Shown here piece by piece: positions 13,929-22,916 of a stretch of 27,542 nt of DNA. The notes under the pieces were generated by a model, which saw only the letters and a program-made list of their open reading frames with translations, did not search any database and had not been told where the DNA came from. Source of the stretch: a virus; UHGV virus genome UHGV-0088497. One strand, 5' to 3'. The stretch's first letter is position 1; every line of letters begins with the position of its first letter. The position numbers and the translations under genes are program-made.

Positions 13929-14440
13929 GCCTGCGCTATCAGTTCATTGCTATTTCGGTGCTGGTGGCCGTCGCATTTATCGCCGGAAACGAGTGGAGTA
14001 ACCGCGGTTGGGAAAAAAAGTGGGCGGAACGTGACAGCGCGAAATCCTCGCAAACAGCGAACGCGCAGACCGCCGCCCGCATGATTGAACAAGGGCGAAT
14101 TATTGCCCGTGATGAGGCTGTAAAAGATGCACAAGCACAAGCCGCTAAATCTGCTGCGAATGCTGCTGGCCTGTCTGCCACTGTTAGCCAGCTGCGCACC
14201 GAAGCAACAAAGTTTGCCGCCCGCCTGGACGCCGCAAAGCACACCTCAGATCTTGCCGCTGCCGTCAGAAGCAAAACAGCCGGAGCCGACGCCAGAATGC
14301 TCGCCGACATGCTCGGAAGTATTGCAGAAGAAGCTCGATATTATGCTGAGCGATCTGACGAAAGCTACCGGGCTGGAATGACATGTGAGCGTGTTTACGA
14401 CTCGGTGAGACATTCGAATAACAACAGGGTTACACGATGA
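13925..14440 (+). CDS. Rz: i-spanin (Rz-like)
   Basis: GTG 13925 overlaps the endolysin stop (GTGA). It has an N-terminal TM ([15 protein letters not shown]) followed by an Ala/Gln-rich coiled-coil region. Confidence 0.8.
   Translation: MSLRYQFIAISVLVAVAFIAGNEWSNRGWEKKWAERDSAKSSQTANAQTAARMIEQGRIIARDEAVKDAQAQAAKSAANAAGLSATVSQLRTEATKFAARLDAAKHTSDLAAAVRSKTAGADARMLADMLGSIAEEARYYAERSDESYRAGMTCERVYDSVRHSNNNRVTR
14127..14381 (+). CDS. Rz1: o-spanin lipoprotein (Rz1-like), fully embedded in the +1 frame of Rz
   Basis: Signal peptide with lipobox LASC (Cys23) and a proline-rich mature part. The start could alternatively be Met12 (14160). Confidence 0.75.
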   Translation: MHKHKPLNLLRMLLACLPLLASCAPKQQSLPPAWTPQSTPQILPLPSEAKQPEPTPECSPTCSEVLQKKLDIMLSDLTKATGLE

Positions 14441-14522
14441 ACGCCCACGTGCAGTGGCTGTGCTTGATGGTAGGATTGACGAGAAGAGGGAAAAACTTAA
14501 AGTGCTTGGGGTAACGATTACT

Positions 14523-14645
14523 TTAATTTTTACTGGTATATCGCTTTTGCAATTCAAGTTTCGCCCAGTGCATAAGGAACCCGATTATGGGAGCCGCATA
14601 AGGGGAAAGTGCGTTAAGAAAGTCAATTAGAGTTGTGTCTATCAT
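14523..14645 (-). CDS. Small hydrophobic peptide (40 aa), missing from the ORF track
   Basis: Hand translation gives MIDTTLIDFLNALSPYAAPIIGFLMHWAKLELQKRYTSKN. It has a near-perfect RBS (GAAGGAGATACAAT then ATG). Confidence 0.4.
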   Translation of the reverse strand: MIDTTLIDFLNALSPYAAPIIGFLMHWAKLELQKRYTSKN

Positions 14646-14912
14646 ATTGTATCTCCTTCAAACCAAAATTGTGGAGATGGCTGAGGATTTCAGTCATCTA
14701 TTGTAGGGCCTAATAGGTCTTCCCATTAGTGAGTCGTAAAGATTGCGACTCTTTAAAAGATTCATTACAGGAGATATGGAAATGGTTTCGCTTCGTTTGA
14801 ACAAAGCTGCGTTAATCAGCGCCACCGGCATTCACTGAGTGTCTGCGATCATTCTTTACTAAATAATTCATGGGTTTATCATGGTGACTCTTTGATAAAA
14901 GGAGTTTTGGTA

Positions 14913-15116
14913 ATGAAATTTCTCTGGGTTGTATGCATTATTTGCGGAGTTATTGGGTTTGTGCAGGGAATTATCGGGGTGTTCGGTGCTGTTAGTGCGC
15001 CTCAGCAGGCTGCTGGTGCAGCAATGGGCGTTGCATGGGCGGTAATCCCATATTGCATCTGTCGTGCTATCCAGCAGATGAGACCACAAGAAGTGGTAAT
15101 CAAAAAAGACGAATGA
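14913..15116 (+). CDS. Small 2-TM membrane protein (67 aa)
   Basis: AAAGGAG RBS 8 nt before ATG 14913; the track start at 14892 is a TTG. Two hydrophobic helices. Followed by a terminator. Confidence 0.6.
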   Translation: MKFLWVVCIICGVIGFVQGIIGVFGAVSAPQQAAGAAMGVAWAVIPYCICRAIQQMRPQEVVIKKDE

Positions 15117-15138
15117 TACTCAGCTATCACATCGAATA

Positions 15139-15163
15139 AGCCTCGCAAAAGCGGGGCTTTTTA
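15139..15163 (+). terminator. Rho-independent terminator
   Basis: AGCCTCGC aaaa GCGGGGCT followed by TTTTT. Confidence 0.75.
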
Positions 15164-15230
15164 ATGCCCGCCACCTATCATCGCAAGTGATAATCATTAT
15201 TAATAAATGGGTCCTCCTGGCAGGTTGGCC

Positions 15231-15262
15231 TGCCACGGGGCGGCGTGCTCGCGGAAAACGGC
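15231..15262 (+). other. cos site (cosN-like)
   Basis: GGGCGGCGTGCTCGCGG at 15238..15254 compares with the lambda left end GGGCGGCGACCTCGCGG: 15 of 17 overall, and 10 of 12 within the cohesive-end 12-mer. It lies about 130 bp upstream of the small terminase gene, as in lambda. Confidence 0.75.
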
Positions 15263-15366
15263 TAGTTTTTCAGATCTAAGGTCATCATCATCATTTGCGC
15301 AGGTTATTGATCTCATTGGAGGCGATTTCGTGCAGATGTCGAATCGTTTAAAAAGTGTTCACCATC

Positions 15367-15855
15367 ATGGACCAGGAAATTGCCACTTTAAAACTGAATA
15401 TCAACCAGTTGGCGGGGATCACTGGCGTACACCGTCAGACGGTCGCCGCCAGGCTGAAAAATATTGAACCGGCACCAGGTAGCAACAGCAAATTAAAGCT
15501 TTACCTGATCACCGACATTCTGACCGAACTGATGATCCCCACTGTGTCAGCCAATATCGATGACATGCTGCCATCGGACAGGCTTTCCCACTGGAAAGCG
15601 GAGAATGAGCGACTCAAGTTTGAGCAGGATACGGGGCAGCTCATTCCCGCTGATGAAGTGGCGCGCGAATTCTCATTGATGGCGAAAGCCGTCGTCATGG
15701 TACTTGAAACCCTCCCTGATGTACTTGAGCGTGACTGTGCATTAACGCCTGTTGCGGTTTCTCGCGTGCAGAGCGTTATTGATGACCTGCGCGATCAGAT
15801 GGCGGAGAGGGTGCAGGACGCTGAAGCAGAGGAGGAAGAGCCAGAGGAGGACTGA
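15367..15855 (+). CDS. Terminase small subunit (Nu1-like wHTH)
   Basis: LNINQLAGITGVHRQTVAARLKN resembles the lambda Nu1 N-terminal wHTH. Acidic C-terminus. It sits immediately upstream of TerL with a 1-nt overlap. The start is uncertain (GTG 15355 or ATG 15367). Confidence 0.75.
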   Translation: MDQEIATLKLNINQLAGITGVHRQTVAARLKNIEPAPGSNSKLKLYLITDILTELMIPTVSANIDDMLPSDRLSHWKAENERLKFEQDTGQLIPADEVAREFSLMAKAVVMVLETLPDVLERDCALTPVAVSRVQSVIDDLRDQMAERVQDAEAEEEEPEED

Positions 15856-17957
15856 TGGCAAAGCGGGCATCCGCCAGAGGCATCCGCCGCGATGTTTCCG
15901 GTATCTTACGTGCCCCGCGTCGAATGCAGGTGGCCGATGCGGTCAGTACTTATATGCGCGTGCCGATGGGGGCGGGTAACTCCGTTCCATGGGATCCGGA
16001 TCTGGCACCTTACGTGATTGAACCGATGAACTGCCTGGCATCGCGTGAATATGACGCGGTAGTGTTTGTTGGTCCGGCGCGAACGGGTAAAACCATTGGT
16101 CTGATTGATGGCTGGATTGTTTACAACGTTGTCTGTGATCCGGCTGATATGCTCCTGATTCAGATGACTGAGGAAAAGGCGCGCGAGCACTCCAAAAAGC
16201 GTCTTGATCGTACATTCCGTTGCAGCCCTGAAGTGAAATCCCGACTGAGCCCGCGGCGTAATGATAACAACGTATATGACCGCACGTTTCGCGCCGGGAA
16301 CTACCTGAAAATCGGCTGGCCATCGGTCAATATCATGTCCTCATCGGACTATAAATGCGTGGCACTGACCGACTATGACCGTTTCCCGGAAGACATTGAC
16401 GGGGAAGGTGACGCCTTTTCACTGGCATCAAAGCGAACAACAACGTTCATGTCGTCAGGAATGACACTGGTTGAGAGTTCGCCGGGCCGCGACATACGTG
16501 ACACAAAATGGCGCCGTAGCTCACCGCATGAAGCACCTCCTTCAACGGGGATTCTGGCGCTGTACAACCGTGGTGATCGCCGTCGCCTTTACTGGCCGTG
16601 CCCACATTGCGGTGAATATTTCCAGCCTGAAATGGACAATATGACAGGTTACCGCGATATCGCGGACCCTGTTCAGGCCAGCGAGAAAGCCTGTCTTCAA
16701 TGCCCTGCCTGTAAAGAGCACATCACTGCGGATATGAAGCGTTCGCTCAATATGAAAGGGAAGTGGCTGCGGGATGGGCAAACCATCGACAACGATGGTG
16801 TTATCACTGGGGAAGGGCGACGCTCGCGCATTGCCTCCTTCTGGATGGAAGGCCCTGCCGCCGCGTACCAGACCTGGGCGCAGCTCATCTATAAATTTCT
16901 TACCGCTGAGCAGGACTATCAGGCCACTGGCAGCGAGGAGGCACTGAAGACGGTAATCAACACCGACTTTGGGCGTCCGTATCTTCCTCGCTCCAGCATG
17001 GAACAGCGCAAAAGTGAACTGCTTGAGCAGCGTGCGGAGGTTGTACCAAAGCGCTCTGTTCCGGACGGGGTTTGTTTCCTTATGGCGACCGTCGATGTTC
17101 AGGCGGGGCGCAACCGGCGTTTTGTTGTTCAGGTTACTGGCTACGGCAGCATGGGAGAGCGCTGGCTGGTGGACCGCTACAATATCAGGCAGTCGATGCG
17201 CTATGACGCCAATGGCGAGAGCCAGCAGATTGACCCGGCAAGCTATCCGGAAGACTGGGATTTATTGCTGACCGATGTGTTTAACAAAGCCTGGCCAATG
17301 GCATCGGATCCGACTAGGTGTATGCGGCTGATGGCGATGGCCGTTGACTCCGGCGGTGAGGATGGTGTGACCGACAACGCTTATAAATTCTGGCGTAAGT
17401 GTCGTCGTGAAGGACTCGGAAAACAGATTTACCTGTTCAAAGGCGACAGTGTCCGCCGATCCAAACTTATCTCCCGAACCTTTCCTGATAATACCGGACG
17501 TTCAAGCCGACGGGCACAGGCTTCTGGTGATGTCCCGCTTTACTTGATCCAGACCGATGCTCTGAAAGACCGGGTGAACAACGCTTTGTGGCGTGATTCA
17601 CCAGGCCCTGGCTATGTGCATTTCCCTGACTGGCTCGGTAGCTGGTTTTACGATGAACTGACCTATGAGGAGCGATCGACTGATGGCAAATGGAGTAAGC
17701 CGGGACGTGGTGCAAACGAAGCATTTGACCTGCTGGTCTACGCTGATGCGCTCGCCATCCTCCACGGCTACGAGAAAATCAAATGGCCCGCTGCTCCTGA
17801 GTGGGCGAGGCGGGAAACCTGGCTGGAGAACGCGCCGCCGGAAGCTGGCGAAGCGGCATCCCAGACACCAGAACCAGTACCCACCAAAAAACGGAAGCGG
17901 AAAAAGCCCGTAACCGATGATTCTAACCCCTGGAGTACATCAGGAGGATGGTTGTGA
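15855..17957 (+). CDS. Terminase large subunit (lambda gpA family)
   Basis: 700 aa with a Walker A-like motif (VFVGPARTGKT) and a CPHCG...CPAC zinc-like motif. It has the size and position of lambda gpA. Confidence 0.9.
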   Translation: MAKRASARGIRRDVSGILRAPRRMQVADAVSTYMRVPMGAGNSVPWDPDLAPYVIEPMNCLASREYDAVVFVGPARTGKTIGLIDGWIVYNVVCDPADMLLIQMTEEKAREHSKKRLDRTFRCSPEVKSRLSPRRNDNNVYDRTFRAGNYLKIGWPSVNIMSSSDYKCVALTDYDRFPEDIDGEGDAFSLASKRTTTFMSSGMTLVESSPGRDIRDTKWRRSSPHEAPPSTGILALYNRGDRRRLYWPCPHCGEYFQPEMDNMTGYRDIADPVQASEKACLQCPACKEHITADMKRSLNMKGKWLRDGQTIDNDGVITGEGRRSRIASFWMEGPAAAYQTWAQLIYKFLTAEQDYQATGSEEALKTVINTDFGRPYLPRSSMEQRKSELLEQRAEVVPKRSVPDGVCFLMATVDVQAGRNRRFVVQVTGYGSMGERWLVDRYNIRQSMRYDANGESQQIDPASYPEDWDLLLTDVFNKAWPMASDPTRCMRLMAMAVDSGGEDGVTDNAYKFWRKCRREGLGKQIYLFKGDSVRRSKLISRTFPDNTGRSSRRAQASGDVPLYLIQTDALKDRVNNALWRDSPGPGYVHFPDWLGSWFYDELTYEERSTDGKWSKPGRGANEAFDLLVYADALAILHGYEKIKWPAAPEWARRETWLENAPPEAGEAASQTPEPVPTKKRKRKKPVTDDSNPWSTSGGWL

Positions 17958-18169
17958 ACCGTGTTGATATTGAAGCCATGATCCAGCGATATACCGAAGC
18001 CGAAATGGCGGTGCTGGATGGCAAAACTATCCGTTTCAATGGGCAGGAAATGACGATGGAGAACCTGTCTGAAATCCGAAAAGGGCGTCAGGAGTGGGAG
18101 CGTCGGCTCTCTTCTCTTATTTCTCATCGCCGCGGGCGACCCGGTTACCGACTGGCGAGGTTTGAATGA
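17954..18169 (+). CDS. Head-tail joining protein gpW-like
   Basis: GTG 17954 lies 6 nt after AGGAGG and overlaps the TerL stop. It is a small protein between the terminase and portal genes, as in lambda. Confidence 0.65.
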   Translation: MNRVDIEAMIQRYTEAEMAVLDGKTIRFNGQEMTMENLSEIRKGRQEWERRLSSLISHRRGRPGYRLARFE

Positions 18170-19674
18170 GCCTTTTAGATGATGCGATTGGGGTCTTTTC
18201 GCCTGGCTGGAAAGCAGCCCGTCTGCAGGCGCGCGCGAAAATCAGGGCATATGAAGCCGTTACCCCGACCAGAACGCACAAAGGGCGCCGTGAAAATCGT
18301 TCAGCTGATCAGCTCAGCAAAATGGGGGCGGTATCACTGCGGGAGCAGGCCCGGTGGCTCGATAACAATCACGATCTGGTGATTGGGGTGTTCGATAAGC
18401 TGGAAGAGCGGGTGGTTGGGAAAGCCGGAATTATTGTTGAACCCCATCCCAAACTGATGAACGGTAAAATCGCCAAAAAGCTTGCAGATCAGATCCGTAA
18501 TAAATGGGCAGAATGGTCTGTCAGGCCTGATGTCACGAACCAGTTTACCCGCCCGATGCTTGAGCGCCTGATGTTGCGCACCTGGCTGAGGGATGGCGAA
18601 GTGTTTGCCCAGCTTGTCAGTGGAACCGGGAATGGTCTTACGCCAGCAGCCGGTATCCCCTTCTGGCTTGAAGCGCTTGAACCAGATTTTATTCCCATGA
18701 ACAGCGATGCTGCCAGCCAGCTTAATCAGGGGGTATTCGTCGACAACTGGGGCAGACCAAGGAAATATCAGGTTTATAAAAGCCTGCCCGTTTCAGGCCG
18801 TCAGCTTGATACCAAAGAAGTGGATGCGGAAAACATGCTGCATCTTAAATTTGTCCGCCGTCTGCACCAGACCCGGGGAGTATCGATGCTGTCCGGTGTA
18901 CTGATGCGTCTGAGTGCACTCAAAGAGTATGAAGATGCTGAGCTCACCGCCGCACGTATTGCTGCTGCGCTGGGTATGTACATCAAAAAGGGGGACGGGC
19001 AAAGCTTAGAGGAGGGTAACAGTTCTTCCGATGATGATGATCGGGAATTGATGATTCAGCCTGGCATCATTTATGACGATCTGAAACCTGGTGAAGATAT
19101 CGGCATGGTGAAATCTGACCGGCCCAATCCTAACCTTGAAACCTTCCGAAATGGGCAACTTCGCGCTGTTGCAGCAGGTAGCCGACTCAGCTTTTCAAGC
19201 ACAGCCAGAAACTACAACGGCACCTACAGCGCGCAGCGGCAGGAACTGGTGGAATCAACAGATGGCTATCTCATTTTACAGGACTGGTTTATTGGCGCGG
19301 TGACCCGGCCAATGTACCGCGCCTGGCTGAAAATGGCGGTGGCCGCTGGCGAGATTAAATTACCCCGCGGTCTGGATATGGAGTCGCTGTACTCGGCGGT
19401 GTATTCCGGCCCTGTTATGCCGTGGATCGATCCGGTTAAAGAGGCCAATGCCTGGAAGTTACAGATCCGGGGCGGAGCGGCAACGGAATCCGACTGGGTC
19501 CGCGCCAGCGGACGTAACCCGAACGATGTGAAGGCGCGCCGGAAGGCAGAGATCGACGAAAACAAAGAGATGGGGCTGGTGTTTGACACTGACCCTGCCA
19601 ATGACAAAGGAGGCACAAGTGCCGAAGCCAAAGAACCGGGCGCACCACCGTCCGAAAGCCAGCGCAAAAAGTAA
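18166..19674 (+). CDS. Portal protein (lambda gpB family)
   Basis: 502 aa, ATGA-coupled to gpW, in the lambda-order position. Confidence 0.85.
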   Translation: MSLLDDAIGVFSPGWKAARLQARAKIRAYEAVTPTRTHKGRRENRSADQLSKMGAVSLREQARWLDNNHDLVIGVFDKLEERVVGKAGIIVEPHPKLMNGKIAKKLADQIRNKWAEWSVRPDVTNQFTRPMLERLMLRTWLRDGEVFAQLVSGTGNGLTPAAGIPFWLEALEPDFIPMNSDAASQLNQGVFVDNWGRPRKYQVYKSLPVSGRQLDTKEVDAENMLHLKFVRRLHQTRGVSMLSGVLMRLSALKEYEDAELTAARIAAALGMYIKKGDGQSLEEGNSSSDDDDRELMIQPGIIYDDLKPGEDIGMVKSDRPNPNLETFRNGQLRAVAAGSRLSFSSTARNYNGTYSAQRQELVESTDGYLILQDWFIGAVTRPMYRAWLKMAVAAGEIKLPRGLDMESLYSAVYSGPVMPWIDPVKEANAWKLQIRGGAATESDWVRASGRNPNDVKARRKAEIDENKEMGLVFDTDPANDKGGTSAEAKEPGAPPSESQRKK

Positions 19675-21643
19675 TTCCTGGTTCCGTATGCAGGCCAGCG
19701 CCGACAACGAAGCGGATATTTATATCTACGACGAGATCGGCTACTGGGGGGTGACGGCGCGCCAGTTTGTAAATGACCTGAAGGCGCTGGGCGATATTAC
19801 CCATATCAACCTTCATATCAATTCGCCCGGTGGCGATGTCTTTGATGGCATCGCCATTTTTAATGCCCTGAAGCATCACGGCGCGGCAATCACCGTTCAC
19901 ATTGATGGTCTGGCAGCTTCAATGGCTTCGGTGATTGCGATGGTTGGCAACCCGGTAATTATGCCGGAAAACACGATGATGATGATCCACAAACCATGGG
20001 GATTCGCAGGTGGCGATGCCAACGACATGCGGGATTATGCCGATCTGCTGGATAAGGTCGAGTCTGTCCTGATCCCGGCGTACGCGGAGAAAACAGGAAA
20101 AACGACCGATGAAATCGCCGCCATGCTGGACGATGAAACCTGGATGGATGGTAAAGAATGCTTAGCGCATGGCTTTGCCGATCAGGTCACTACATCTCTG
20201 CAGGCGATGGCCTGTATTCAATCAAAACGTATTGAGGACTTTGAAAAGATGCCAAACAGCATTCGTAACATGATCACCCCGCCGCGCAATACTACCCAGC
20301 GCGAACCGCAGCAACCGCAACCACAGGTGGCGGCAACGACGACCCCAGCGCCAGCGTCCACTTCTGATGAAGCCACTATCCGTGCACAGGTGCTTGCCGA
20401 GCAAAAGAACCGTGTTAACGCAATTAACGATCTCTTTGCGATGTTCGGTGGCAAGCATCATGAGCTGCAGAATAAATGCATCGCGGATCCGGAATGCACA
20501 GTGGCTCAGGCTAAAGATGAATTGCTGGCGGCGCTGGGCAAAAATGCCACACCGTCGAATAAAACTACGGATGCGCACATTTACGCCGGGAACGGTAACT
20601 TTGTTGGCGACGGAGTTCGTCAGGCACTGATGGCGCGCGCTGGCTTCGAGAGCCTGGAGCGGGACAACGTCTATAACGGCATGACGCTGCGCGAATATGC
20701 CCGTATGGCACTGACCGAACGCGGCATCGGCGTTTCCAGCTATAACCCGATGCAAATGGTCGGTATGGCACTGACGCACAGCACGTCTGACTTCGGTAAT
20801 ATCCTGCTCGACGTTGCTAATAAAGCGTTACTGCAGGGCTGGGAGGAAGCGGCAGAAACTTTTGAGCAGTGGACCAAGAAAGGCCAGTTGTCTGACTTTA
20901 AAACGGCGCATCGTGTCGGTCTGGGCGGCTTCTCATCCCTGCGTCAGGTACGCGAAGGTGCTGAATATAAGTATGTGACCACCAAAGATAAAGGTGAAAG
21001 CATCGCGCTGGCCACCTACGGTGAAATCTTCTCTATTACCCGTCAGGCGATCATCAATGACGATCTGAATCAGTTAACCGATGTACCTATGAAGATGGGC
21101 CGTGCAGCAAAAGGGACGATTGGCGACCTGGTGTATGCCATTCTGACCGAAAACGCGAAATTGTCTGATGGTAAGCCGCTGTTCCATGCTGATCACGGTA
21201 ATATTTCCGCAGGCGCGATTTCTGTAGCCAGCCTTGATGAAGCGCGCAAGATGATGCGTCTGCAGAAAGAGGGTGAGCGTCCCCTGAATATTCGCCCGGC
21301 ATTCATGCTGGTGCCAGTCGCGCTCGAAACCCTGGCAAACCAGACGATCAAGTCTGCCAGTGTGAAAGGGGCGGATATCAACGCCGGTATCATGAACCCA
21401 ATTCAGAACTTTGCTGATGTTATCGCGGAGCCGCGTCTTGACGCCAAAGACACCAGCGCCTGGTATCTGGCCGCCGCTAAGGGCACGGACACCATCGAAG
21501 TGGCATACCTGAACGGCGTTGATACTCCGTATATCGATCAGCAAGAAGGCTTCACTACCGACGGTATTGCCACCAAAGTGCGCATCGATGCCGGTGTATC
21601 ACCTCTGGATTATCGCGGCATGGCGAAATCAACCGGGAAATAA
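19619..21643 (+). CDS. ClpP/S49-type prohead protease fused to an HK97-fold major capsid protein
   Basis: The N-terminus has HINSPGGDVFDG...AASMAS...MMMIHKP. A Pro/Gln-rich linker follows, then a capsid-like domain of about 400 aa. Preferred start is GTG 19619 (AAGGAGG, 5 nt); ATG 19601 and ATG 19688 are alternatives. The start overlaps the portal 3' end. Confidence 0.8.
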   Translation: MPKPKNRAHHRPKASAKSNSWFRMQASADNEADIYIYDEIGYWGVTARQFVNDLKALGDITHINLHINSPGGDVFDGIAIFNALKHHGAAITVHIDGLAASMASVIAMVGNPVIMPENTMMMIHKPWGFAGGDANDMRDYADLLDKVESVLIPAYAEKTGKTTDEIAAMLDDETWMDGKECLAHGFADQVTTSLQAMACIQSKRIEDFEKMPNSIRNMITPPRNTTQREPQQPQPQVAATTTPAPASTSDEATIRAQVLAEQKNRVNAINDLFAMFGGKHHELQNKCIADPECTVAQAKDELLAALGKNATPSNKTTDAHIYAGNGNFVGDGVRQALMARAGFESLERDNVYNGMTLREYARMALTERGIGVSSYNPMQMVGMALTHSTSDFGNILLDVANKALLQGWEEAAETFEQWTKKGQLSDFKTAHRVGLGGFSSLRQVREGAEYKYVTTKDKGESIALATYGEIFSITRQAIINDDLNQLTDVPMKMGRAAKGTIGDLVYAILTENAKLSDGKPLFHADHGNISAGAISVASLDEARKMMRLQKEGERPLNIRPAFMLVPVALETLANQTIKSASVKGADINAGIMNPIQNFADVIAEPRLDAKDTSAWYLAAAKGTDTIEVAYLNGVDTPYIDQQEGFTTDGIATKVRIDAGVSPLDYRGMAKSTGK

Positions 21644-21734
21644 TCCCTTCCACTCAAGCAGCACATCACAGCCCATCAGGGTTTTTTTTGTATCTGAATT
21701 CGGCCCCGTATGGGGCTGGATGGAGACTGAATTT

Positions 21735-22061
21735 ATGGCGAAGAATTTTGTACAGCATGGCAAAACTATTGAGATTGCCAACACGGGCAGCGCTGCGATC
21801 CTGAGTGGTTCGCCGGTGATGGTGGGGAAAGTCGTGGCGATTGCCATTACTGATATTGCGGCAGGCCAGACAGGGGACGGTTTTTCCGAAGGTGTTTTCC
21901 TGCTGCCTAAGCTGACTACCGATGCGATCACCATCGGTGAGCAGGTTCATATCAAAGATGGAAAAGTGCAGAACGACGCGACAGGTGCCGATCTGGCCGG
22001 GGTTGCCTGGGAAGATGCTGCTGCCAGTTCCGCAATTGTAGCCGTGAAAATCAATGCCTAA
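21735..22061 (+). CDS. DUF2190-type head protein (decoration-like, 108 aa)
   Basis: ATG 21735 follows GGAG. The sequence (MAKNFVQHGKTIE...GQTGDGFSEGVF...) is typical of DUF2190. The upstream part of track ORF 21519.. overlaps the capsid gene and I discard it. Confidence 0.65.
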   Translation: MAKNFVQHGKTIEIANTGSAAILSGSPVMVGKVVAIAITDIAAGQTGDGFSEGVFLLPKLTTDAITIGEQVHIKDGKVQNDATGADLAGVAWEDAAASSAIVAVKINA

Positions 22062-22329
22062 TCCCTTTGACAGACTTGTCAGTCGCATGGATGCGGTCAC
22101 GGTGAACAAAATGGGCAAGCTAGCGACCATAAACGGGGAGCCCATGATTGTTATTCCGGCTGAGTTTCTGGAAGAAATGGGGCCTTTAAGCGGAACAGGG
22201 CGGTCGCTGGTGGTGTTTACCGTTGGCTACCAGCCACGCCGTAATGATGTGGTGATTTTTGAGGGGGAGGAATTCCATCTGACCCGTCACGAGCGCTTTA
22301 ACGGTAAGCCGCGCATCTTTATCGAATAG
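22054..22329 (+). CDS. Head-tail joining protein, gpFII-like
   Basis: It lies just before Z. The pattern FD.L......AT I....... then GEEF..TR resembles lambda FII. Confidence 0.55.
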   Translation: MPNPFDRLVSRMDAVTVNKMGKLATINGEPMIVIPAEFLEEMGPLSGTGRSLVVFTVGYQPRRNDVVIFEGEEFHLTRHERFNGKPRIFIE

Positions 22330-22337
22330 GAGGGGGG

Positions 22338-22916
22338 ATGTCGGTTAAAGGCCTGGAAAGGGCTATTCAGAATCTTAACAGCCTCAGCCGGTTAATCGTT
22401 CCTGAGGCAACTGCGAAAGCACTTAACCGTGTGGCCAGCAGAACGATAAGTCAGGGCAGCAAAACTGTAGCGAAAGAGGCAAAGGTGGATGATAACCGGA
22501 AAACGGGGCTTCCGGTTCGTCTGGTCCGGCAGCGTTCCCGTTTACGCAAGGCCCGCCACGATCGTCCGGTCGCATCGATAAAAATCAACCGCGGTAATCT
22601 CCCCGCGATAAAGCTCGGCACGGCGCGCGTCCGGCTGTCGCGTAAAAAAGGGGCCAGAAACGGATCGGGCAGTGTCCTTAAAATCGGACCCTATACCTTT
22701 CGCAATGCGTTTATTCAACAACTGGCGAACGGGCGCTGGCAGGTCATGCGGCGCGTAGGTCAGGCCCGTTATCCGATTGATGTGGTCAAAGTTCCTCTTG
22801 AGACACCGCTCACCGTGGCATTCACCTCTATTTCCAAGCGCCTTATTGAAAGCGATATGCCCAAAGAACTTTCCGCAGCTCTGAAAAACCAACTGAGGAT
22901 CCACCTGAAGCGATGA
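22338..22916 (+). CDS. Z: Tail completion protein Z
   Basis: MSVKGLERAIQNLNSLS...ALNRVASRTISQGSKTVAKE...YPIDVVKVPL parallels lambda gpZ almost along its full length. Confidence 0.9.
   Translation: MSVKGLERAIQNLNSLSRLIVPEATAKALNRVASRTISQGSKTVAKEAKVDDNRKTGLPVRLVRQRSRLRKARHDRPVASIKINRGNLPAIKLGTARVRLSRKKGARNGSGSVLKIGPYTFRNAFIQQLANGRWQVMRRVGQARYPIDVVKVPLETPLTVAFTSISKRLIESDMPKELSAALKNQLRIHLKR

Noticed and set aside
14246-14557. 103-aa minus-strand ORF antisense to the Rz/Rz1 end
   Set aside because: It is mostly antisense to the well-supported spanin genes. Only its 3'-proximal neighbourhood holds a plausible small gene (14523..14645), which is in a different frame.
14776-14838. 18-20 codon micro-ORF (MEMVSLRLNKAALISATGIH) behind an AGGAG motif
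   Set aside because: It is too short and there is no supporting signal beyond the RBS-like motif. It could be a leader peptide, but I cannot support that.
15207-15467. 86-aa plus-strand ORF covering the cos region
   Set aside because: It overlaps the cos site and the small terminase start in another frame and has no RBS. The region is better explained as cosN/cosB.
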